Source: Amycolatopsis sp.
GTDB lineage: Bacteria; Actinomycetota; Actinomycetes; Mycobacteriales; Pseudonocardiaceae
DNA length: 64,000 nucleotides
Direction: 5' to 3'
Assembly (NCBI RefSeq): GCF_035546795.1
Contig: NZ_DASZWC010000065.1
Span: forward strand, 15,978-79,977
The position numbers and the translations under genes are program-made. Numbering within the stretch: position 1 is the first letter of the stretch; each line of letters begins with the position of its first letter. Under the pieces are notes generated by a model, which did not search any database, was not told where the DNA came from, and saw only the letters and a program-made list of their open reading frames with translations. Below, in pieces: positions 28,774 through 38,782 of the stretch.

Positions 28774-28864
28774 CGGCTCCTCACCTCCCATTACCGGGCG
28801 TCAATTCCATCCACGGTACCGCGTAGCCGCGATGGGACGAGGGAATGGGGGGCGAATTCGGGGG

Positions 28865-29080
28865 TCAGGGCAGTAAATACGACAGGTCGGCCAGTGCGCG
28901 GGGCCGTGGCTCGGCCATCGGGAGAGTTTCCGGCCACGGTTCGTGTATTACGCACTCGTCACGGGCGCATTGCCCGCACAGCGGCCCGAAACACCATTCT
29001 TCGTCGTTCGGTGTCTGTTCCCGCGGTACGAGGCAGGAAAAACAGATGTCGCCGGGCTCGAAATCAATGCGTGTTGCCAT
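28865..29080 (-). CDS. Small 71-aa Cys-rich (putative zinc-binding) protein
   Basis: MATRIDFEPGDICFSCLVPREQTPNDEEWCFGPLCGQCARDECVIHEP...; CxxC, CxxxxCxxC and CxxH motifs; GAGG upstream. Confidence 0.55.
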   Translation of the reverse strand: MATRIDFEPGDICFSCLVPREQTPNDEEWCFGPLCGQCARDECVIHEPWPETLPMAEPRPRALADLSYLLP

Positions 29081-29290
29081 GATCGCATCCGGTTCCTCGT
29101 GGGGTTTCAGGCATCGTAAGCACGGCTGCGACGAAGCCAGAAGCGATGTCACCGTAATGTAGCAAACCATCGTCTCAGTGGATGAAACCGAAGAAACTGC
29201 AATTTGCAGATGGCGTTTTTCCTTTCGGCTGGGGAGCCTTGCGAGGTCGAGATTTCGCGATCTTCCTGCGGTCGGGATAGCCTGCTCGGC

Positions 29291-30142
29291 ATGATCGGCG
29301 AGGACGAACTGCGCCCGCCACCGGGCACCGACGGGCGCCGTGGCTGGCTGGTCTACGAGCTCATCGGCTGCGCGCGGCACGGCCACCTGCTCGCCGGACG
29401 GGACGCGGCGCACATTCGGCGGCAGGACGAAATGATCGTCCGGGAATCGGGCGGACTGCGCTGGCATCGTTGCCTGCGTTGTGACTCCTGGTTACCGTTG
29501 CCGGTTCCGGAAAATCCTGCCCGTGAATTCTGTCCCGCCCCGGATGAATTGGACATACCGCCGCGCGGGAAGCTGCTCCGGGATCGTTATGTACTGCGAT
29601 TGATCGCACTCGACCGGCTGTTGCATTTTCTGGTGCTGGCCGTTCTCGCGGCAGGTGTATTCGTGTTCGCGCACGAACGGGACGCGTTGAGCGGTCCGTT
29701 CTTCCGGATCATCGACGCCGTGCAGGGCGCGCTCGGCGGGCGCACCGGGGAATCGGGACAGGGCATGTTGGGGGAACTGACGAAAGCGTTCGCCGCGCGG
29801 TCTTCGACGATCTGGATCATCGGCGGGGTCGTGGCGTGCTATGCCGTGCTGGAGGGGGTCGAGGCGATCGGGCTGTGGCTGGCCAGGCGGTGGGCCGAGT
29901 ACCTGACCTTCGTGGCGACGGCCGTGCTGCTCGTCCCGGAGTTGTACGAGCTCAGCCACCGGGTGAGCGTGCTCAAGATCCTCACCCTGCTGGTGAATCT
30001 CGCGGTGGTGATCTACCTGCTGTTCGCGAAACGCCTGTTCGGCCTGCGTGGTGGCGGGCGCGCGGAGGAGGCCGAACGCGAGCGCGATTCCGGCCTCCAG
30101 GCACTGGAACGGGTGCAGCCCGGCGGCCGGTTCAGGGAGTGA
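29291..30142 (+). CDS. DUF2127 domain membrane protein with N-terminal Cys/His motif
   Basis: ELIGCARHGH, RWHRCLRCDSW, YAVLEGVEAIGLW..RRWAEYLTFVAT..PELYEL. Confidence 0.78.
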   Translation: MIGEDELRPPPGTDGRRGWLVYELIGCARHGHLLAGRDAAHIRRQDEMIVRESGGLRWHRCLRCDSWLPLPVPENPAREFCPAPDELDIPPRGKLLRDRYVLRLIALDRLLHFLVLAVLAAGVFVFAHERDALSGPFFRIIDAVQGALGGRTGESGQGMLGELTKAFAARSSTIWIIGGVVACYAVLEGVEAIGLWLARRWAEYLTFVATAVLLVPELYELSHRVSVLKILTLLVNLAVVIYLLFAKRLFGLRGGGRAEEAERERDSGLQALERVQPGGRFRE

Positions 30143-31241
30143 GTTCGGCGATCAGCAGGCCACTGCGCGGTTTCGGGGTGAAGTAGGTGCTCTTGCGCGG
30201 CATCCGGCGGCCCTGTTCGTGCACCGCGAGCACGTCGGCGAGCGGGACCGGCGCCAGTTGCAGCAGCGCGTCGACGTCCGGACCGGCCGGATGCCCTTCG
30301 GGCAGGGCGCGCACGTGCGGCCCCTCCGGATCGATGCCGAGCGCCTCGGCGATGAGCACCTGCTCGACGACGCCGTGATCGATACGGGGCAACGGGTCCC
30401 GTGGCTGCGGCAGCTCGACCAGTAGCCCGGACGGAACGGTGACGGTGCCCGGTTTCGACGGGGGCTCCGGCGCCGTCACCTCATGCACGGTGAGGCCGAC
30501 GCCACGCCAAGCCGAGGCGAGATCTTCCTTGCGCAGCCCGGTCCGCACGAGTGCCCGGTGGATCGCGCCGATCCGCAGGTCCGGCCCCGCGGTGACCAGC
30601 GCGAGCAGGTCCGCGCCCGCCGCCGCGACCCGGTGGTTTCCGTCGGCGACCAGCAACGGCCCGCCCCGGAACAGCGCCAGCAGTTCGTCCTGCGCCGCGC
30701 CAGGGCCGACAAGCCAGAGCCGGTGGCCGCCGCTGACGACGTCGGGCGCCTTGCCCGCGACCAAGCGCTCCACCAGTTCGGTGAGCCCTGCGCCACCGGT
30801 GAGCGGGACAAGCATCGCCGCGCTCGTCGCCCGGCCGAGCCCGGCCAGCATCGCGGCGCGCTCGTCGACGATCCGCGGGTAGATCTCCTCGCTGTTCCGT
30901 ATTCCTTGCGCCGGATCCACCAGGCAGAACACGCCGACAGCCGTCCCGTCGGAGCCGTCGATCCGGCAGACCGCGACGAAATCGCGCACCTGCCGGTAGT
31001 GCCGCGCGAGCAAGCGATCGAGCGTCCGGCGCGCTTCGGGGAGCGCGTCGGTGAGGGAGAGGCCTCGGGCACGCGCCGCCGGGGTGCGATGCGGATGCTG
31101 GACGGCGAGCAGTGTCTCGCCGTTCGCACTGGCGAGCGCCTCGATCACCTCGCTGGGTTCGGCGAACTCGTCCACGTTGGGCCCTGGCACGGCGCCGTCG
31201 ACCACCCACCCGGTCCGGATCGCTCGCGCAGACTGGCTCAT
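30132..31241 (-). CDS. DUF1015 family protein (ParB/Srx-like)
   Basis: LLVADGNHRVAAA and C-terminal RMPRKSTYFTPKPRSGLL. Confidence 0.8.
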   Translation of the reverse strand: MSQSARAIRTGWVVDGAVPGPNVDEFAEPSEVIEALASANGETLLAVQHPHRTPAARARGLSLTDALPEARRTLDRLLARHYRQVRDFVAVCRIDGSDGTAVGVFCLVDPAQGIRNSEEIYPRIVDERAAMLAGLGRATSAAMLVPLTGGAGLTELVERLVAGKAPDVVSGGHRLWLVGPGAAQDELLALFRGGPLLVADGNHRVAAAGADLLALVTAGPDLRIGAIHRALVRTGLRKEDLASAWRGVGLTVHEVTAPEPPSKPGTVTVPSGLLVELPQPRDPLPRIDHGVVEQVLIAEALGIDPEGPHVRALPEGHPAGPDVDALLQLAPVPLADVLAVHEQGRRMPRKSTYFTPKPRSGLLIAELTP

Positions 31242-31266
31242 ACCCCGATCTTGCCCGGATGGTGAG

Positions 31267-31983
31267 TCAACGAAACAGTGCGACGGTTTCCAGCAAGGCA
31301 CTCAGATCGGCGCCGGAGCGGATCTCCTTCGCCGGTTCCCCCCGCTGGAACAGCCGCGCGCCGGCGTCGTCGCCGCCGAGGGTGAGGGTCTCGTCGATCC
31401 GGCGGAGCCAGGTGCCCTCGCGCATGCCGAGCACCGGCACGTCGTTCTCTTCCAGGAACTGCTCCAGCCGTTCCTCGCGCGTCTCGCCCATATGCGTGCC
31501 GTCGTCGAGCGCGTCGAGGTAGTGCGGGTTGATCTGGAACGGGACGAGCCCGCTGGCCTCGAACGCCGGCGGCTGCACGATCGGCATGTCGTTGGTGGTG
31601 CGGATGGTCGGGCAGGCCACGTTCGTGCCCGCGCTCGATCCGATGTAGACGGTCCCGTGCGCCACCCGGTCGCGGATCGGGGCGAGCAGCTCGCGGGCGT
31701 ACAGCTCGCGCAGCAGCCGGAAGGTGTTGCCGCCGCCGACGAACACCGCCTGCGCGCTGTTGAACAGCTTGATCGGGTCGTCGGAATGCGCGCCGACCAC
31801 GTCCACCCCGACCGGCCGCAGCGCTTCGGCGACCTTCGCCGTGTAGCCGTCGTGGTCGGCCAGCGCGAAGGGGACGAACACCAGCCGGCGGACGCGGTCG
31901 AGGATTTCGCCCAGCTCGTCCATCGCGTGTTCGAGGTACTGCTTTCCCGGCGCGGTCGAGTTGGACAGCAACAGCAGGCGCAT
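31267..31983 (-). CDS. pepE: Dipeptidase E (peptidase S51)
   Basis: LLLLSNST, VGGGNTF, YIGSSAG, IRTTNDMP, QINPHY, GETREER. Confidence 0.92.
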   Translation of the reverse strand: MRLLLLSNSTAPGKQYLEHAMDELGEILDRVRRLVFVPFALADHDGYTAKVAEALRPVGVDVVGAHSDDPIKLFNSAQAVFVGGGNTFRLLRELYARELLAPIRDRVAHGTVYIGSSAGTNVACPTIRTTNDMPIVQPPAFEASGLVPFQINPHYLDALDDGTHMGETREERLEQFLEENDVPVLGMREGTWLRRIDETLTLGGDDAGARLFQRGEPAKEIRSGADLSALLETVALFR

Positions 31984-32075
31984 CAGGCGTACCTCTCCGG
32001 GCGCGGGCACATCCCGGCATGCCTATCACGCGAGATCGTCCGCGACCCGCCGAGAGTGAGGGTGCCCACAAGCCG

Positions 32076-32360
32076 TCAGCGATCGTCGAGCAGCTCCGCC
32101 GGGTGCACTTCCAGCGCCTCGGCCATCCGGAACAACGTGTCCAGCGTGATGTTGCGGGGCGGGCGTTTCCGCGGATCCTGCCGGCGCCTCGGCTGATCGA
32201 GCCGGGAGCGTTCCAGTTCGGCAACCACCGAGCGCGAGACGCCGGCGCGGTCGGCGAGCTCCTCCTGGCTGAGGTCCCGCTCGCGCCGCGCACGGCGCAC
32301 CTGGGTGGCCAGCGCGCGCAGCCGCGCGTCGAGCGCCTCGTCCAGTTCCTGCTCAGCCAT
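32076..32360 (-). CDS. XRE family HTH protein
   Basis: VRRARRERDLSQEELADRAGVSRSVVAELE...NITLDTLFRMAEAL. Confidence 0.85.
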   Translation of the reverse strand: MAEQELDEALDARLRALATQVRRARRERDLSQEELADRAGVSRSVVAELERSRLDQPRRRQDPRKRPPRNITLDTLFRMAEALEVHPAELLDDR

Positions 32361-32426
32361 CGGAAGTGCAGCTTACTTGGGGTGCGGCGAGCGACATTTT
32401 GTCGTTTCCGTGCTACTTTTTGTTCC

Positions 32427-32696
32427 GTGAGTATCGATTTCGAGGCACCCGGATATCTCTACGAAACGGTCGCGAAGCGCATCGCCGAGCGGATCGAGAC
32501 GGGCGAGCTGGCGCCGAACACACCGCTGCCGGCGGAAGGGCAGCTCGCCAGGGAGTACGGGGTGGCGCTGGGGACAGTCCGGCAGGCGACGCGGCTACTG
32601 CGGGAATGGGGATTGGTGGTGACAGTACGGTCGAAGGGCACGTATGTCCGGCGCCGGGAGAAGACGCCCGAGTTCTGCCTGTGGAGCGCTCCTTAG
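32427..32696 (+). CDS. Small GntR-type winged-helix protein (HTH only)
   Basis: YLYETVAKRIAERIETGELAPNTPLPAEGQLAREYGVALGTVRQA..KGTYV. Confidence 0.8.
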   Translation: MSIDFEAPGYLYETVAKRIAERIETGELAPNTPLPAEGQLAREYGVALGTVRQATRLLREWGLVVTVRSKGTYVRRREKTPEFCLWSAP

Positions 32697-32704
32697 CCGA
32701 GGCG

Positions 32705-33745
32705 TCAGACCACCCGCTCGCGCACCTTCCGCAGCAGGTCGATGTCCACAGTGGAGGGTTCGGCGGCCAGCCAGGCGCCGATGTCGCGCACGAACTGCTC
32801 CGGGGTCATCGGCGGGGCGGGCACTTCGAAGTCCGCCTCGGTGGTGATCTCCCCGGCGCGGCTCGGGTAGATGACGAGCGCGCCGCGCACCTCCACGCCC
32901 GGCAGCAGTTCCCGGTACGCCCCGATGGCCTCGATCAGCCGGGTGGCGCCGCCGCGGAAGAGCCGGTCGTCGCGCCACAACGTGCCGTCGTCGTCGGCGC
33001 CGTAGTGGCCGGGCAGCCACGTCTTGGATTCGACGAGCACGAGACGTTTCCCGGCCAGCACGGCGTGGTCCACGTCGGCGAACACCGAACCCGGCAGTGA
33101 AAGTCCGTGGAACACCCGCACGTTCGGCAGGCGGGTGAGGTAGCGCGCGAGCAGTTCCGCGGTGAGGCGTTCGCCCCACTGGTCGGCGTCCGCGCCCGGC
33201 CGGCCGAACACGGTCACCTTCCCGAATTCCGTGCTGAACCGGGCGCGGGCCCGTGCCAGGTCGAGATGCCTTCGCACAAGCCAGATCGCGACGGCGGTGG
33301 CCAGCAGCAGCCACACGGTGAGCAGCAGCCAGCCCGCCATCAGCGGCAGGACCACCAGCAGCAACCAGGCGAGCAGGATCACCGCCGGGGCGTGGCCCGG
33401 CGGGCGCGGCGAGGACGGGCAGGCCCTTTCCTCGCCGCGATGCCACCAGGAAAGCGTTTGCGGGTCCAGGCGCGGCATCGTCGCGACGAACGACGGGTCC
33501 TCGCCGAATTCCCGGGGTCGCCGGCGCGTGCGCACCGGCGTGGGCGCCAGGCCGCGGTCGTAGTCGGCACGACGGTGCGGATCGCTGAGGATCTCGTAGG
33601 CCGCGCGGAGCAGGTGGAACTCGCGGGGCGAACCACCGGCGTCGGGGTGCATCGCCCTGGCCCGGGAGCGGTAGGCGGACTTGATCTCCGTCGCGGAGGC
33701 GTCCCGCTCCACACCGAGCATCTCGTAGTAGCCGGGATCGTGCAC
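32705..33745 (-). CDS. J-domain / two-TM / NERD-like nuclease fusion protein
   Basis: YYEMLGV..IKSAYR..HPDAGG J-domain; two TM helices; GERLT..VFHGL..ADVDHAVL..LVLVESKTW (PD-(D/E)xK NERD-like). Confidence 0.8.
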   Translation of the reverse strand: MHDPGYYEMLGVERDASATEIKSAYRSRARAMHPDAGGSPREFHLLRAAYEILSDPHRRADYDRGLAPTPVRTRRRPREFGEDPSFVATMPRLDPQTLSWWHRGEERACPSSPRPPGHAPAVILLAWLLLVVLPLMAGWLLLTVWLLLATAVAIWLVRRHLDLARARARFSTEFGKVTVFGRPGADADQWGERLTAELLARYLTRLPNVRVFHGLSLPGSVFADVDHAVLAGKRLVLVESKTWLPGHYGADDDGTLWRDDRLFRGGATRLIEAIGAYRELLPGVEVRGALVIYPSRAGEITTEADFEVPAPPMTPEQFVRDIGAWLAAEPSTVDIDLLRKVRERVV

Positions 33746-33852
33746 GCGGTCACAATACAAGGGCGGCTTTCCCGGAGCCGCCTGCTTCGAAAGTGTTGCG
33801 CCGGCCAGGCGAAACCGATCACCGAAGCCGGTTCCGCGGTTAGAGTTGCGCG

Positions 33853-34458
33853 ATGGCAGGCTCTCCCGCGGACGTTCTCGCCCGAAGACTCGGGTTGCGC
33901 ACCGGCAGGCTCACGGCCGGGTGCGGGCTGCTGGCCATCCTGGCCGCGGCCGTGATCTTCCTGCTCCCGCCGCACAGCACCATCGCGGCGATCGTGCTCG
34001 GCATCGTCGGCATCGCCGCGTTTTCGCTCGGGATGTCGCGTTACGCCGGTGGGCCGTGGTGGGCATTGGCCACGTCCTTGGTGACCTCGGGGCTGTTGTT
34101 CGCGGCACTCACCGTGGCCGGGCGAGGCGTGGCCTTGCAGGCTTTCGGGCTGACGGAATCCTGCGAAGTGACGTATCGGGAAGAAGTCGACACGCATTCG
34201 CGGTACCAGCACTACGGTTTCGTGCACACCCTCGCCTGCCCGCGGGGCGGCACGCTCACCATCCGCACCGATTCCACGGACCGCCAGCAGCAGGGCACCC
34301 GGGTGGACGTCCTCGACGATCCCGGTGGACTGCTGGAACCCGATTTCGCGAGCAGGCACGACCTCGTGGTCGATCTGCTCGCGATCCTCGTCTCGATCGG
34401 GGTCGTCGCGACGAACGTGGTGTTCGTCCGCCGCGCGGCGGTCAAAGCAGCGAGCTAG
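33853..34458 (+). CDS. Hypothetical membrane protein
   Basis: Three N-terminal and one C-terminal hydrophobic helices around a soluble loop with two Cys. Confidence 0.65.
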   Translation: MAGSPADVLARRLGLRTGRLTAGCGLLAILAAAVIFLLPPHSTIAAIVLGIVGIAAFSLGMSRYAGGPWWALATSLVTSGLLFAALTVAGRGVALQAFGLTESCEVTYREEVDTHSRYQHYGFVHTLACPRGGTLTIRTDSTDRQQQGTRVDVLDDPGGLLEPDFASRHDLVVDLLAILVSIGVVATNVVFVRRAAVKAAS

Positions 34459-34834
34459 GGTCCGCCGGCACGTCGACGGCGTGCTCCCGCAACGCTTCCA
34501 GGTTCACCACTTCCAGCGCCCGCTCGTGTGTCGCGGCGAGTACCACCGGCGGTGCAACCCCCGCTTCGTACGCTTCCTGCCAGCGCGCCGCGACGACACA
34601 CCAGCGATCGCCGGGGCGCAGGCCGGGGAACTCGTACTCGGGGCGAGGGGTGATCAGGTCGTTGCCCGCGCGGAGCTGATGCGCCAGGAAGTCGTTCGAG
34701 ACGACCGCGCACACGGTGTGGCTGCCGAGATCGTCGGGACCTGTGGTGCAGCTGCCGGTCCGGTGGAAGCCGGTGCGGGGTTCGGTGCCACACGGTTCCA
34801 GTTCACCGCCGAGCACGTTGCGATCGTCCGTCAT
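34442..34834 (-). CDS. DUF2237 family protein
   Basis: RNVLGGELEPC..PRTGF.R.G.C, HTVCA, GNDLITPRPE..FPGL.PGDRWC. Confidence 0.88.
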   Translation of the reverse strand: MTDDRNVLGGELEPCGTEPRTGFHRTGSCTTGPDDLGSHTVCAVVSNDFLAHQLRAGNDLITPRPEYEFPGLRPGDRWCVVAARWQEAYEAGVAPPVVLAATHERALEVVNLEALREHAVDVPADPSSLL

Positions 34835-34953
34835 GGTCTCAAGCTTGACATCTTTGCCGGCGCATCGCTGTGAATCCGGTTCTCCGCAGTTCAAGGGCGT
34901 CTATTGTGGACGGTCAAGCCAGGTCGTGCGGCTCGGACCGCGGCGCGGCGCAG

Positions 34954-36240
34954 CTACCGCGCGCTCAGTGGCGCTTTCGCAGGCGTGGTGCGCAGTCCCA
35001 GTTCCGCGGTCGGGGTCCGGTAGGTTTCGCGGCCGGTGGCCACCGCGATCACGTTGAGCAGGCACAGTCCCGCGGTGAACGCGGCCACCCCGGTCCAGGA
35101 GCCGATCGCGGAGGCGATGGTCGGGGTGAAACCGGCGATGGCGAACCCGATCTGCGTGCCGACCGCCGTGCCGGACAGCCGGACCTTGGCGGTGAACATC
35201 TCCCCGTAGAACGAGGGCCAGCTGGCGTTCGTCGCGCTGTACACGATCCCGAACATCACGATGCCGACCACGAACACCCAAAGGTAGCTCTTCGCCGAGA
35301 TCGCGCCGAGGTAGCCGAAGATCAGCACCGCGCAGCCCAGCGAACCGCCGATGAACACCGGGCGCCTGCCGATCCAATCGGCCAGCTTGGCCCACAAGGG
35401 AATCGCGGCCAGCGCCATCACGTTCGCGAGCACGCCGACCCAGAGCATCGGCGTCTTCGCCAGGCCCGCGTCGTTGACCGCGAACGACAGCGCGTACACC
35501 GTGAAGAGCGTGCTGACCGCCGCGATCGTCGACGCGACCACGACCCTGATCACGTCGCGCCAGTGGTCGCGGAACAACAGCACCACCGGCAGTTTCGCGG
35601 CTGCTTCCCGTTCGAACACCGGGGTTTCGTCGAGTTTGCGCCGGATCACGAAGGCCGCCACGACGACGATCGCGCTCAGCCAGAACGGCAGCCGCCAGCC
35701 CCAGGACTGGAGCTGGGCCGCGGGCATCGCGGCGACCGGCAGGAAGACCGCTGTCGCGAGGATCTGCCCGGCTTGGGTGCCAGCCAGCGTGAAGCTCGTG
35801 TAGTAGGCCCGCCGGTTCTCCGGCGCGTGCTCCAGTGACATCGAGTTCGCCCCGGCCTGCTCGCCGGCCGCGGACAGTCCCTGCATCAGCCGCAGCGCCA
35901 CGAGCAGCACCGGGGCCAGCACGCCGACCTGTCGGTACGTCGGCAGGCAGCCGACCAGGAACGTCGACGACCCCATCAACAACACGGTCAGCACGAGCAC
36001 TTTCTTGCGGCCGAACTTGTCGCCGAGGTGCCCGAGGAAGAACGCCCCGACCGGGCGCGCCAGATACCCGACGCCGAACGTGGCCAGTGCGAGCAGGGTG
36101 CTCGCCGCCGGATCCGACGACGGGAAGAACACCTTGCCGAACACCAGCGCCGCCGCGGTGCCGTAGATGAAGAAGTCGTAGTACTCGAGCGCGCTGCCGA
36201 TCCAGGCGGCGACTGCGGCCTTGCGCGATTTGCCGGTCAC
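34954..36240 (-). CDS. MFS metabolite:H+ symporter (shikimate transporter-like)
   Basis: GSALEYYDFFIYG, ARPVGAFFLGHLGDKFGRK, WGWRLPF; adjacent to a QuiC-like gene. Confidence 0.88.
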   Translation of the reverse strand: MTGKSRKAAVAAWIGSALEYYDFFIYGTAAALVFGKVFFPSSDPAASTLLALATFGVGYLARPVGAFFLGHLGDKFGRKKVLVLTVLLMGSSTFLVGCLPTYRQVGVLAPVLLVALRLMQGLSAAGEQAGANSMSLEHAPENRRAYYTSFTLAGTQAGQILATAVFLPVAAMPAAQLQSWGWRLPFWLSAIVVVAAFVIRRKLDETPVFEREAAAKLPVVLLFRDHWRDVIRVVVASTIAAVSTLFTVYALSFAVNDAGLAKTPMLWVGVLANVMALAAIPLWAKLADWIGRRPVFIGGSLGCAVLIFGYLGAISAKSYLWVFVVGIVMFGIVYSATNASWPSFYGEMFTAKVRLSGTAVGTQIGFAIAGFTPTIASAIGSWTGVAAFTAGLCLLNVIAVATGRETYRTPTAELGLRTTPAKAPLSAR

Positions 36241-36289
36241 GGGGGCCTCCTGCCGTCTTGCTCCGTTGCGGGACGAGGGCCGTCGGGAT

Positions 36290-36325
36290 AATGTACCGTC
36301 TGGTTAAGTACCAGATGGTGAGTTG
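36290..36325. promoter_or_regulatory. Tandem TetR-type operators (ACC-N3-TGGT)
   Basis: GTACCGTCTGGTTAAGTACCAGATGGTGAGTT upstream of the MFS; related AACTCACCGATTGGTCCG near 36993-37010 between tetR and quiC. Confidence 0.5.
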
Positions 36326-36339
36326 TCGCGGTGGCGTTG

Positions 36340-36978
36340 TCAAGTCACCGTCAGGTAGTCGATCACCAGCTCGCCGAGCATTTTCCGGTAGTGCTCGCGG
36401 CGGCCGGGGTCGAGCAGGTCGCGGTCGAAGATCGCGTTGAAGGTGTACCGGTTGGCCGTGCGGAAGACGCAGAAGGAACTGATCAGCATGTGCACGTCGA
36501 GCGCGTCGATGTCGTCGCGGAACCGGCCGTCGGCGCGGCCGCGGGCGAGGATGCGCGAGGCCACGTCCAGCGCCGGGTTCGCCAGCCCGGGCAGCACGGA
36601 CGACTTGAGCAGGTGCTCGGCCCGGTGCACGTTCTCGATGCTGACCAGCCGGATGAAGTCCGGATGGGACTCGTGATGGTCGAAGGTCAGCTCGGCCAGC
36701 TGCCGCAAGGCCTCGACGGGGTCGAGGTGCTCGACGTCGAGCTCCTGCTCCTGCGCGCGGATCACCGAGTACGCGCGCTCCAGCACCGCGACGTAGAGGC
36801 CTTCTTTGCTGCCGAAGTAGTAGTAGATCATCCGCTTGGTCGTGCGGGTCTTCGCGGCGATCTCGTTCACGCGCGCCCCGGCATAGCCCTGGTCGGCGAA
36901 TTCGTGGGTGGACACGTCGAGGATCTCGGCGCGCGTCCGGTCGGCGTCGCGTTGCCGTTCGGGGTTGTCTGAGGGCAT
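36340..36978 (-). CDS. TetR/AcrR family regulator
   Basis: RTRAEILDVSTHEFADQGYAGARVNEIA..TTKRMIYYYFGSKEGLY. Confidence 0.92.
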   Translation of the reverse strand: MPSDNPERQRDADRTRAEILDVSTHEFADQGYAGARVNEIAAKTRTTKRMIYYYFGSKEGLYVAVLERAYSVIRAQEQELDVEHLDPVEALRQLAELTFDHHESHPDFIRLVSIENVHRAEHLLKSSVLPGLANPALDVASRILARGRADGRFRDDIDALDVHMLISSFCVFRTANRYTFNAIFDRDLLDPGRREHYRKMLGELVIDYLTVT

Positions 36979-37030
36979 ACGCCGCACCGTAGAACTCACC
37001 GATTGGTCCGTCCACCGCGAAGGAGGAGAC

Positions 37031-38782
37031 GTGCGGAAGAAGACGATCGCGACGGTGTGCCTTTCCGGCACGCTGGAGGACAAACTGGCCGCGGCGGCCG
37101 AAGCCGGTTTCGACGGGATCGAGCTGTTCGAGAACGATCTCGTGGTTTCCCCGCACTCGCCTGCCGAGATCCGGCGCCGATGCGCGGGCCTGGGCCTGTC
37201 GATCGACCTGTACCAGCCCTTCCGCGATTTCGAGGCCGTGCCGCCGGACGTGCTGGCCGCCAATCTCCGCCGGGCGGAGCGGAAGTTCGACGTGATGGCG
37301 GAACTGGGGGCCGACACGGTCCTCGTCTGTTCCACCGTCTCGCCGCACGCGGTCGACGACGACGATCTCGCCGCCGAGCAGTTGCACGCGCTCGCCACGC
37401 GGGCCGCCGACCGGGGCATCCGCATTGCCTACGAAGCGCTGGCCTGGGGCCGCTTCGTCAACACCTACGACCACTCGTGGCGGATCGTGCGCCGCGCCGA
37501 TCACCCCGCGCTCGGGCTGTGCCTGGACAGTTTCCATGTGCTCTCCCGCGGCAGCGACATCGCCGCGATCCGCACGATCCCGGGGTCCAAGATCTTCTTC
37601 CTGCAGCTCGCGGACGCGCCGCGGATGCACATGGACGTGCTGCAGTGGAGCAGGCATTACCGGCTTTTCCCCGGTCAGGGCGCTTTCGACCTGTCCGCCT
37701 TCGTCGAGCACGTGCTCTCCACCGGCTACTCCGGCCCGTTGTCGCTGGAGGTGTTCAACGACGTGTTCCGCCAATCCGACCCGCACCGGGCCGCGGTGGA
37801 CGCGATGCGCTCGCTGTTGCTGTTGTGCGAGCACGAGTTGCCGACCGCGCCGGCGTTGTCCGGGCACGCCTTCACCGAGCTGGCCGTGACCGGCCCGGAG
37901 ATCGCGAACGCGTTGGCCGGTATGGGTTTCACACATGTCGGACAGCACCCGGCCAAGCCGGTCCAGCTGTGGCGGCAGGGCGCCGCGCGCGTCGTGCTGA
38001 ACGAGGGCGCGGGCGAGATCAGCGCGCTGGCGGTGGAGAGCGCGGACCCCGCGCGCTCGATCGCGCGGGCCGAGGCGTTCCGTTCGCCGGAGCTGTCTCG
38101 CGAGCAGGTCAGCCTGCCCGGGGTCGAAGCACCGGACGGCACGGCGGTCTTTTTCTGCGGCGACGGCTGGCAGGGCGATTTCGAGCCGACCGGTCTTGCC
38201 GAGGACGACGGTGCCGGGCTGACCCGGACCGATCACGTCTCGTTGAGCCAGCCCTTCGACAACTTCGACGAAGCCGCGCTGTTCTATCGGACGGTGCTGG
38301 GCCTGCGACCGGAGCTCCCGACCGAGTTCGCCGCGCCCTTCGGCCTGATCCGCAGCCGTGCGGTGACCAACGCGGCGCGCGACGTGCGGATCTCGCTCAA
38401 TGTTTCCCTGCTGCGGCGCGGAGAGTGGGCGCCGGGCGTGCCGGACCCGCAACACGTCGCCTTCGCCACGGACGACGTGTTCGCCAGCGCGCGGGCAATG
38501 CGTGAGAAAGGCGCGCCGCTGTTGGAGATCCCGGACAACTACTACGACGACCTCGACGCGCGCCTCGCGCTCTCGCCCGAACTGCTGGCTTCGCTTCGCG
38601 AATACTCGGTGCTCTACGACCGTGACGGGGACGGCGAATTCCTGCACTTCTACACCGAACTGCTGGGCTCGCGAGTGTTCTTCGAAGTGGTTCAGCGCGT
38701 TGGCGGTTACCTCGGCTACGGCGCCGTGAACGCCCCCGTGCGGATGGCCGCGCACCGGCGGCTGCGCCTGGCCCGCGCCTGA
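37031..38782 (+). CDS. Sugar-phosphate isomerase / HPPD-like fusion (QuiC1-type 3-dehydroshikimate dehydratase)
   Basis: IATVCLSGTLEDKL, YQPFRDFE, AYEALAWG, QLADAP, WSRHYRLFPGQG, LEVFND; C-terminal FFEVVQRVGGY.GYGAVNA. Confidence 0.85.
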   Translation: MRKKTIATVCLSGTLEDKLAAAAEAGFDGIELFENDLVVSPHSPAEIRRRCAGLGLSIDLYQPFRDFEAVPPDVLAANLRRAERKFDVMAELGADTVLVCSTVSPHAVDDDDLAAEQLHALATRAADRGIRIAYEALAWGRFVNTYDHSWRIVRRADHPALGLCLDSFHVLSRGSDIAAIRTIPGSKIFFLQLADAPRMHMDVLQWSRHYRLFPGQGAFDLSAFVEHVLSTGYSGPLSLEVFNDVFRQSDPHRAAVDAMRSLLLLCEHELPTAPALSGHAFTELAVTGPEIANALAGMGFTHVGQHPAKPVQLWRQGAARVVLNEGAGEISALAVESADPARSIARAEAFRSPELSREQVSLPGVEAPDGTAVFFCGDGWQGDFEPTGLAEDDGAGLTRTDHVSLSQPFDNFDEAALFYRTVLGLRPELPTEFAAPFGLIRSRAVTNAARDVRISLNVSLLRRGEWAPGVPDPQHVAFATDDVFASARAMREKGAPLLEIPDNYYDDLDARLALSPELLASLREYSVLYDRDGDGEFLHFYTELLGSRVFFEVVQRVGGYLGYGAVNAPVRMAAHRRLRLARA

